Source: Pirellula sp.
GTDB lineage: Bacteria > Planctomycetota > Planctomycetia > Pirellulales > Pirellulaceae
Reading direction: 5' to 3'
NCBI GenBank assembly: GCA_032116775.1
Contig: JAUMAI010000370.1
Span: 1 to 33,285, forward strand
DNA: 33,285 nucleotides
Position 1 is the first letter of the stretch. Each line of letters starts with the position of its first letter. Shown here one piece after another: positions 10,620 through 17,075 of this stretch. Below the pieces are notes generated by a model that was given only the letters and a program-made list of their open reading frames with translations, ran no database searches and was not told where the DNA came from. The position numbers and the translations under genes were made by a program.

Positions 10620-11426
10620 ATGACAGAACCTCGGATCTCCAAAACCCGGCGGCGAATTGCCTGGGAAGCGGCTTGCCTTTTACTTTACCGACGAGAAAGC
10701 GAAATCTATCGCGCCAAGCTCGTCGCTGGTAAACGGATTTGTGGTGGCTGGGTTCCTCGCCGCGAACTACCAACCAATCTCGAAGTGCAAACCGAACTAG
10801 CGCGGCTCTCTGAACCTGGTGCCTGCCTAGTCGAGCCTGAATTTGATAACGAGCTCGTACTCGATGACCGCTCTATCCTGCAGACACTTCCGGAAAAGAC
10901 GCAGCGACTTTTAGATTTAGATCAGCTACTGAACGGCGATGATTCTTCTGCAGATCGACTCGATTGCATTGATCGCTGGCAGTACTTTGCGAGCCTGCTA
11001 CGTCCGCTCGAAAATATCCGCATGCCCGCTCCATTTCATCACACCAGCGACGCTTTATTCCACAGCTTACAAGTCTTTGAAAACCTTTGCCAATTTCAAC
11101 CGTACGATGAAGAATTACTCCTAGCTGCATTGCTTCACGAATCAGGTCGGGCGGTCGACGCGCGCGACCCAGTGAGTGCCACTTTAGAACTATTAGCAGA
11201 CGATATTTCCGACAGAACCGCATGGCTCATCGAGCAATTACCTGAGGCCAACAAGATCCACCTCGGAACGATTGGCCATCGCAGTCTGCGACGCTTACGT
11301 GAAAACGAAAGCTACGAAGACTTACTACAACTCGCCGAATGCGATCGACTGGGTAATGCAGCCCAAGCGAACGTGCGCCAACTGGAAGACGCCCTTGATT
11401 ACATCGCGTCACTGGCGGAACTATAG
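10620..11426 (+). CDS. Hypothetical protein with a variant HD-like domain (HE in place of HD)
   Basis: 268 aa. The ATG lies 4 nt after the stop of the radical SAM gene. The segment FHSLQVFE...[15 protein letters not shown] follows the H...(L)LHD(I)GK pattern of HD phosphohydrolases, but reads H-E-S-G-R. The N-terminal ~130 aa show no motif I recognise. Confidence 0.5.
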   Translation: MTEPRISKTRRRIAWEAACLLLYRRESEIYRAKLVAGKRICGGWVPRRELPTNLEVQTELARLSEPGACLVEPEFDNELVLDDRSILQTLPEKTQRLLDLDQLLNGDDSSADRLDCIDRWQYFASLLRPLENIRMPAPFHHTSDALFHSLQVFENLCQFQPYDEELLLAALLHESGRAVDARDPVSATLELLADDISDRTAWLIEQLPEANKIHLGTIGHRSLRRLRENESYEDLLQLAECDRLGNAAQANVRQLEDALDYIASLAEL

Positions 11427-12112
11427 GCACTTGGATCCTTGATTCCGATCTGCTTGAAACCACGCAATCGCAGCAAACAAGCATCGCAGTGCCCGCAGGC
11501 ATGGCCTTGGCTGTCAGGGTCATAACAGCTGATGGTATCGGAGTAATCTACTCCCAATTGCAATCCACATTGAATAATCTCAGCCTTAGTGAGGCGAATC
11601 AGTGGTGCATGAATACGTATCGGATCAGAACCATCAACACCCGCCTTGGTACCCAAATTCGCCATGCGTTCAAAAGCTTCAATGAATTCAGGCCGACAGT
11701 CAGGATAGCCGCTATAGTCCAAGGCATTAACACCAATGAATAAATCGCGAGCCCCTAATGATTCAGCCCAGGCCAAGGCCAATGACAAGAAGACCGTGTT
11801 GCGAGCAGGAACATAGGTTACCGGTATTTCAGCTCCGATCTCTTCAACTCGATCATGCTTCGGAACGGGTATCGCACTAGTTAAAGCGGAACCACCGAAT
11901 TGTCCAAGATTGATATCGACAATCACATGTCGACTTACATTGGCCCGAGCGGCGCTTCGGGTCGCTCGCTCCAATTCAAAACTATGCCTTTGGCCATACC
12001 GAAAACTGATCGCATTGACCTCGTAATTCTGCTGCTTAGCAATCGCCAGAACGGTGGTTGAATCCAAACCGCCACTGAGCAGAACCACACACTTCTTTCT
12101 ATCGCCAACCAT
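11399..12112 (-). CDS. queC: 7-cyano-7-deazaguanine synthase
   Basis: 237 aa. It has the PP-loop [12 protein letters not shown], the C-terminal Zn cluster [14 protein letters not shown], and the family-typical length. Confidence 0.93.
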   Translation of the reverse strand: MVGDRKKCVVLLSGGLDSTTVLAIAKQQNYEVNAISFRYGQRHSFELERATRSAARANVSRHVIVDINLGQFGGSALTSAIPVPKHDRVEEIGAEIPVTYVPARNTVFLSLALAWAESLGARDLFIGVNALDYSGYPDCRPEFIEAFERMANLGTKAGVDGSDPIRIHAPLIRLTKAEIIQCGLQLGVDYSDTISCYDPDSQGHACGHCDACLLRLRGFKQIGIKDPSAYSSASDAM

Positions 12113-12188
12113 ATATACGACCTAGCTTTCTTGTAGATGGCAATTAAAAACTGCAGTGCCTAACCATAACGAACATCGACAACGAACC

Positions 12189-12872
12189 TCAACCAAAAAA
12201 GCTATCACCTTGTGCTTCAAAGGCGGACCGATAATGCCTAACCGACACCCCATCAGCATTACCAGATCGCTCTATTTGCCGAAGCATTTTGCTTAAAGAC
12301 TGCGGATCGGGAAATCGATCGAAACGAATCGCCATAACATCAAACCGAGCTGCTCGCTCTAACCATCCATGCTGCTTTAAATAAACCAATGCCGCCCTAG
12401 TCAATAAACGTTGCTTGCGATGATTAACGGCTTCCGCAGGATCTTCATCACGTTGAGATATCCATGACTTCACCTCGACAAAAACCACCTCCTCGCCATC
12501 GAGCATGATAAGGTCAATTTCGCCGCCACCGACTCGCAGATTTTTTTCCATCAGTCGATACTTCAACCTTACCAAGAAACAACCCGCAAGCTTTTCACCA
12601 GCTTCACCAACACTTAGATGCGCTGCCGATGGAGACGAGCTTGGTCCTTCATCCTGTGAGAGGGACAGATTAGCAATCGACCCTTGCTTGCGACCAAAGC
12701 CTGAAGACTTAGAAGGTTGGTTATTTTCTTCAGCCGAACTTAGAGCAGGACGCATAGCAGCCTGAGTGGCCTGGATATGCTCTTCTTTTCCCAATAAACG
12801 CAACCCCAATAAACGCAACCCCAGTAAACGCCGAAGAGAGGCAGCAGCGCGATTCCATCTGTTACTGGACAT
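12189..12872 (-). CDS. yraN: YraN/UPF0102 family endonuclease-like protein with a long N-terminal extension; start uncertain
   Basis: The C-terminal ~130 aa carry GEAGEKLA..FL...Y......R...GEIDLI......VVFVEVKS, the YraN signature. The N-terminal ~95 aa are low complexity. An alternative ATG at 12755 would place the 15-bp repeat outside the CDS. Confidence 0.75.
   Translation of the reverse strand: MSSNRWNRAAASLRRLLGLRLLGLRLLGKEEHIQATQAAMRPALSSAEENNQPSKSSGFGRKQGSIANLSLSQDEGPSSSPSAAHLSVGEAGEKLAGCFLVRLKYRLMEKNLRVGGGEIDLIMLDGEEVVFVEVKSWISQRDEDPAEAVNHRKQRLLTRAALVYLKQHGWLERAARFDVMAIRFDRFPDPQSLSKMLRQIERSGNADGVSVRHYRSAFEAQGDSFFG
12791..12835. repeat. 3 x 15 bp tandem repeat (ccaataaacgcaacc, ccaataaacgcaacc, ccagtaaacgccgaa)
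   Basis: Read directly from the sequence. If the 12872 start is real, it is in frame and encodes LLGLR-LLGLR-LLGKE in the yraN-like ORF. Confidence 0.9.
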
Positions 12873-12938
12873 CGCCTGAGCCCCTCTTATTATTGGCTCT
12901 GGAACGAAAAGGTTGATGAGGAAACGATTCGCGATCGC

Positions 12939-13289
12939 TTAGCCGCGACGTTCCTTCAGACGAACAGCCTTACCACTTCGCTCACGCAAGAAGTAAAGCT
13001 TGGCGCGACGAACAACGCTCTTACGCTTCACTTCGATCTTGTCGATTCGTGGTGAATGAACTGGAAACTTACGCTCAACACCTTCGCCCGAAACGATACG
13101 GCGAACCACGAACATCTCGCGGGTGCCGCTGCCACTTCGAGCGATGACAACGCCGGAGAAAATCTGAATTCTTTCCTTGTTGCCTTCCAGAATCTTGGTG
13201 TGAACATCAACAGTGTCACCGATGTCAAACGGCTGCACTTCACTCTTAAGGCTGGACTTTTCAACTTCGGCAAGAATCTGCTGGCTCAT
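12939..13289 (-). CDS. rplS: 50S ribosomal protein L19
   Basis: 116 aa, with FDIGDTVDVH.KI.EG.KERIQ.F.GVVIAR...G....F.VRRI..G.GVER.FP.HSP.I..I.V, the canonical L19 pattern. Confidence 0.97.
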   Translation of the reverse strand: MSQQILAEVEKSSLKSEVQPFDIGDTVDVHTKILEGNKERIQIFSGVVIARSGSGTREMFVVRRIVSGEGVERKFPVHSPRIDKIEVKRKSVVRRAKLYFLRERSGKAVRLKERRG

Positions 13290-13674
13290 GACAGGGCCCT
13301 ACGGACGGATAGTATGTGTGTATTGACAACAAGTTACGGTTCAAAGGCTAGACTCGCGCATCAAGCTTGCAGGGAAGAAGCTTTGAGGGACGGCCGGCAC
13401 TAAGGAGATGGCGACTAATCGAATCTCCGATTGCAAAGGCGTTCCCGAGTCCTAGCGAGAGCTTTCCTAAATCTTTTTCGCTATGGATGGCATTTCGGCG
13501 TCTCCAGTCACGAACTTTCAGGAAGTCCGGTAGTTTGACCTACTAGTTGCATTTTGGAAAGCCCAATTTCGGATTCTGGGGAACGCGGATAAGTCAGGAC
13601 TGACAGCCCAGCCCAAAGCAACCCAAACAACTACACTCTAAATAGCTACCACAACGAACCAAGCAAGGCTTGAT

Positions 13675-13834
13675 GGGACAGGCACTGTGAAGATGGGACA
13701 GGCACTGTGAAGACGGGACAGGCACTGTGAAGACGGGACAGGCACTGTGAAGATGGGACAGGCACTGTGAAGACGGGACAGGCACTGCGAAGATGGGACA
13801 GGCACTGTGAAGACGGGACAGGCACTGTGAAGAT
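13675..13834. repeat. Head-to-tail tandem array of 8 x 20 bp, unit gggacaggcactgtgaaga[t/c]
   Basis: Counted directly. There are eight contiguous units. The last base varies T,C,C,T,C,T,C,T, and there is one internal substitution (ctgCgaag) in unit 6. The array starts about 25 nt downstream of the trmD stop and about 385 nt upstream of the rplS start. Each unit contains the small dyad ACAG-gca-CTGT. Confidence 0.97.
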
Positions 13835-13860
13835 GACTTCGAAAAGCTATCAAGGCAGAC

Positions 13861-14583
13861 CTACTCTGCGGGGCCCTGGGCCGCATCCCGATTTGACAGC
13901 ATCGTGGGCTTTTGAGCCATGGCGGCCGTCTTGAGGCGACTTTGCTCCGTTCGCCACTTTTGAATTTCTTCATGATGCCCGTTCAGGAGCACATCGGGGA
14001 CGCTGTAGCCACGATATTCGCGCGGCCGGGTGTATTGCGGATATTCAAGACTATCGTGATCGGCAAACGAGAACGAATCGAGCTTCGCACTTTCCTCGTC
14101 CCCCAGGGTGCCTGGCACCAAACGCATAACGGCGTCGACGATTGCCATCGCAGCTACCTCGCCGCCATTGAGCACAAAATCGCCCAAGCTTACCTGACGA
14201 GGTTTGAGGATCTCAATAATTCGGTGATCGAAGCCTTCATAGCGACCGCAAATTAGAATAATACGCGATAGCTTAGAAAACTGCTCAACCAGTGGTTGCC
14301 GAAGACGCTCACCTTGGGGCGAAAGCAGGATAATTTCCGGGGACCGACTGTCCATAGCGGCGACATCTTCAATGCAAGTGACGACGGGCTCAACTTGCAG
14401 CAGCATACCCGGACCGCCCCCATAGGGACGATCGTCGACCTTTTGATGCTTGCGGGTTGCCCAATCGCGTAGAGAGTGAAGATGAACTTCAATGAGACCA
14501 TTGGAAATGGCCTTGGAGAGCAAACCTTCCCCGAGGTATCCACTGAACATCTCGGGGAACAGGGTTACAATATCGAAGCGCAT
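13861..14583 (-). CDS. trmD: tRNA (guanine37-N1)-methyltransferase
   Basis: 240 aa. Motifs: MRFDIVTLFPEMF, DDRPYGGGPGM, and LICGRYEGFD.R. Confidence 0.95.
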   Translation of the reverse strand: MRFDIVTLFPEMFSGYLGEGLLSKAISNGLIEVHLHSLRDWATRKHQKVDDRPYGGGPGMLLQVEPVVTCIEDVAAMDSRSPEIILLSPQGERLRQPLVEQFSKLSRIILICGRYEGFDHRIIEILKPRQVSLGDFVLNGGEVAAMAIVDAVMRLVPGTLGDEESAKLDSFSFADHDSLEYPQYTRPREYRGYSVPDVLLNGHHEEIQKWRTEQSRLKTAAMAQKPTMLSNRDAAQGPAE

Positions 14584-14894
14584 TAAGCCTGAACTGGCTT
14601 CTTCTTCAGCTTCTGGAGGGCGTCAGCTTGCTTCTGCAAGTGGCTTCCATTCTCGCCGTACTTGCGAATCAAGACAGCGACCTTTTCACTTGGTTGGGCG
14701 CCAACGCCAACCCAGTAAGCGACTCGATCTTTCTTCAGAACGGCACGGGCATCGGTGTCACTGACCATTGGGTCATAGTAACCGAGTTCTTCCAGAACAC
14801 GACCATCGCGCATTGTTCGGCTATCCACGGCACAAACTCGGTAGAATGGGCGACCTTTGCGGCCCATTCTTTTCATGCGAATCTTTACAGCCAT
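14583..14894 (-). CDS. rpsP: 30S ribosomal protein S16
   Basis: 103 aa. MAVKIRMKRMGRKGRPFYRV.AVDSR..RDGR..E.LGYYDP is canonical S16. Its stop overlaps the trmD start by 1 nt (TAATG). Confidence 0.96.
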   Translation of the reverse strand: MAVKIRMKRMGRKGRPFYRVCAVDSRTMRDGRVLEELGYYDPMVSDTDARAVLKKDRVAYWVGVGAQPSEKVAVLIRKYGENGSHLQKQADALQKLKKKPVQA

Positions 14895-14998
14895 TTTCTA
14901 TTATGCTCCTGGCAATAATTTGCGGTTAGGGTGTGTTAGTTTATTGGTCGCGGCGGGAAATGCTAGGCCAAAAATGAGTCAGGGCATTGACTCTGGGG

Positions 14999-16471
14999 CT
15001 ATTTCCCTTTTCTTTTCAGTTTTCGGAGTTGCCTTTCCCGTTCCTGACGCAATTTTTCTTTCTCTTTCGGAGAAAGCCGTTTTCCGGTATCTCCCTTGAT
15101 CTTAAGCCCCCTCATGGAAGGATCCTGCACCATCGAGCTTTGCATCTGCTGCAGCATCTGCATTCTACCCGCAACTCCTTGCGTCATCGACATTTGCATC
15201 AATGGAGCGATCACTCCAAATTGACGGGTCAATTCGTTGACCACCGAAACAGCCACTCCAGCCCCACGGGCGATGCGATTTCGGCGACTATTATCAATAA
15301 GCTTCGGGTTTTTCCGTTCGGCGGGAGTCATTGAATCGATAACCCCGATCATCTTGCGCATTTCGCGATCGGTGTCCTGACCTGCCAGCATCTGATTGAT
15401 CTGGCCCATACCTGGGAGCAGTCCGAGCATTTTTTGCATCAAACCCGGTTTGGCCACCTTCAGCAGCAAATCCCGAAATTCCTGCAATGTAAACTGCCCG
15501 GTAGCCATCTTAGCTTCGAGCTGCTCTCGTTCGCGTTCGTCAATAATCTTATGGGCTTGGCGAGCAACTTCGAGGATGTCACCCATTTCCAAGATTCGAC
15601 TGGCCATCCCCTCGGGCCGAAATGGCTCGAGGGCATCAAGATGCTCACCGGTACCAATAAATTTAATCGGGACATTGGTGACATGCTTTACCGATAGCAG
15701 CGCACCGCCACGTGCATCACCATCGAGCTTAGTCATGATGACGCCGTCCAGATCCAGCCGCTCATTGAAGGCTCCGGCGCTGTTAACCGCATCTTGACCG
15801 GTCATGCCGTCGACGACCAAATAAACTTGGTCTGGCTGAACCTTGCTTTCGATCGCCGCCAATTCCTGCATCAATGGCTCATCGATCGCTAATCGACCGG
15901 CGGTATCGAGAATAACGACGCGGGCCCCCGCTTCGCGGGCCTTGGCGACCCCATCACGACAAACTTTGACGGGATCCTTCGAGCCTAATTCGCTATAAAC
16001 GGGTACATTTAGTTGCCGCCCAATCACATGCAATTGCTCGATCGCCGCTGGGCGCTGCAAGTCGGCAGCCACCAGAAATGGCTTGATTTTTTGCTCCAGC
16101 AACAACTGCGAAAGCTTACCGCAGGTGGTTGTCTTACCCGATCCCTGCAGTCCACAGAGCATCATAATCGTAACATCGCCGCTCTTGAGCGGAATGTTGT
16201 TATCTACCGGTCCAAGCAACTCAACCAGTTCGTCGTAAACAACCTTGACCAGCTCTTCATGGGGTCGCAACGACAGCAGAACTCTTTTGCCAACCGCTTT
16301 CTCGGTCACACGATCCATGAAATCGCGCACGACAGGATAGCTAACGTCGGCAGCCAACATCGACTGCTCGACCATTTGCAGTCCCTCGCGCATGTTGCTT
16401 TCGGTGAGCTTGCCTTTGCCGCGAAGCGACTTAAACGCGGATTGCAAACCTTCTTGAAGACTTTCGAACAT
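14999..16471 (-). CDS. ffh: Signal recognition particle protein Ffh
   Basis: 490 aa. It has an N domain, a G domain (GLQGSGKTTTCGKL, DTAGR, TKLDGD) and a Met-rich M domain, plus a Lys/Arg-rich C-terminal tail. Confidence 0.97.
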   Translation of the reverse strand: MFESLQEGLQSAFKSLRGKGKLTESNMREGLQMVEQSMLAADVSYPVVRDFMDRVTEKAVGKRVLLSLRPHEELVKVVYDELVELLGPVDNNIPLKSGDVTIMMLCGLQGSGKTTTCGKLSQLLLEQKIKPFLVAADLQRPAAIEQLHVIGRQLNVPVYSELGSKDPVKVCRDGVAKAREAGARVVILDTAGRLAIDEPLMQELAAIESKVQPDQVYLVVDGMTGQDAVNSAGAFNERLDLDGVIMTKLDGDARGGALLSVKHVTNVPIKFIGTGEHLDALEPFRPEGMASRILEMGDILEVARQAHKIIDEREREQLEAKMATGQFTLQEFRDLLLKVAKPGLMQKMLGLLPGMGQINQMLAGQDTDREMRKMIGVIDSMTPAERKNPKLIDNSRRNRIARGAGVAVSVVNELTRQFGVIAPLMQMSMTQGVAGRMQMLQQMQSSMVQDPSMRGLKIKGDTGKRLSPKEKEKLRQERERQLRKLKRKGK

Positions 16472-16598
16472 TAGCTGAAATCCAAGTTAGCCCTGGGACG
16501 TGGTAAACCCCGAATTTTAGACCAGACAGGGGTAAAAAGTAAATCGGCTTGCGGAAATTGCTGACATCAGCGTTGCCTCGCCGTTCCGCTCTCTTATC

Positions 16599-16693
16599 GC
16601 AATTAGCCCCTCGCCTCGGCCCAATTCTTTTCCCAAAGAACCCTCGCTCCGCTTCGAACTCATTTGAGGAGAGTAAAGAGAGGAAGAAAAGAC
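16599..16693. repeat. Intergenic imperfect direct repeat, copy A
   Basis: It begins gcaattagcccctcgcc. Its core is cgctccgcttcgaactcatttgaggagag and its tail is ..aaaagac. It aligns with copy B at 16807-16877, with an internal indel. Confidence 0.75.
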
Positions 16694-16708
16694 CTGCTGA
16701 AATTGGCT

Positions 16709-16773
16709 CCCCTCGCCCACGGCGTTTTTGCGGAGCAAAAATCGCCAGGGTGAGAGTGGCTGGGGGTGAGGGG
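16709..16773. repeat. GC-rich nested hairpin / palindromic (REP-like) element
   Basis: The outer arms cccctcgccc (16709-16718) and gggtgagggg (16764-16773) pair over 10 positions with one G-T wobble. The inner hairpin ggcgtttttgc / gcaaaaa(t)cgcc (16721-16746) forms 11 bp with one bulge and a GGA loop. Confidence 0.7.
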
Positions 16774-16806
16774 GATCAACGCCGCCTGGCAATCAAACTC
16801 GAAGTC

Positions 16807-16877
16807 GCAATTAACCCCTCGCCCCAAACAGCCCAACGCTCCGCTTCGACCTCTTTGGTGAGAGGAAAAAAAAGACA
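16807..16877. repeat. Intergenic imperfect direct repeat, copy B
   Basis: It reads gcaattaacccctcgcc...cgctccgcttcgacctctttggtgagag...aaaaagac. It shares its start, core and tail with copy A. Confidence 0.75.
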
Positions 16878-17075
16878 CAACCACCACAAAGAGACACCCA
16901 CCAAAGGAACCCACCTACTGAGGTATAATCCCATTAAAAGCGTGACAATCGCTAGAGTCCCGGCTAATTCCGCAAGAAACGATTGGGAAAATTCGTTCGA
17001 TTTTGAGGGAATCTTCTGGGCCGCGTAACATCTAAGTAGGGCTTTGCAAATCCACCTCTGGTTGACTCAACGCTT

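Noticed and set aside
12113-12188. A preQ1 riboswitch upstream of queC.
   Set aside because: The 76 nt leader on the minus strand lacks the short hairpin plus the A-rich ...AAAAAACUA tail typical of preQ1-I. I saw no convincing pseudoknot-forming complementarity.
13675-13834. The 20 bp array as a CRISPR array or as plasmid-type iterons / a replication origin.
   Set aside because: The repeats are directly abutting with no spacers, so the array is not CRISPR, and no cas genes are present. No rep, par or dnaA-type gene or AT-rich unwinding element is adjacent, and the context is a core ribosomal operon. An iteron-like protein-binding function remains only a formal possibility.
13675-13834. The CTGT-N9-ACAG dyads formed across unit junctions as LexA/SOS boxes.
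   Set aside because: The classical gammaproteobacterial box is CTGT-N8-ACAG, so the spacing here is off by one. The flanking bases do not match, and the LexA motif of this lineage is unknown to me. The resemblance is probably coincidental.
13594-13973. Minus-strand ORFs 13594..13785 (63 aa) and 13638..13973 (111 aa), which encode periodic HSACP(V/I)FTVPVPSSQCLS repeats.
   Set aside because: They are translations of the 20 bp tandem array, where 3 units make 60 bp and so a 20 aa period. The longer one overlaps the 3' end of trmD out of frame. They have no independent coding signal.
16517-17028. ORFs 16549..17028 (+, 159 aa), 16517..16792 (-, 91 aa) and 16660..16914 (-, 84 aa) in the ffh/giant-gene spacer.
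   Set aside because: They are mutually overlapping, extremely basic and low-complexity. They run through the repeats and hairpin, with peptide words such as PLSPWR and GEGSQ that come from the palindromic element. They are more likely non-coding repeat sequence.
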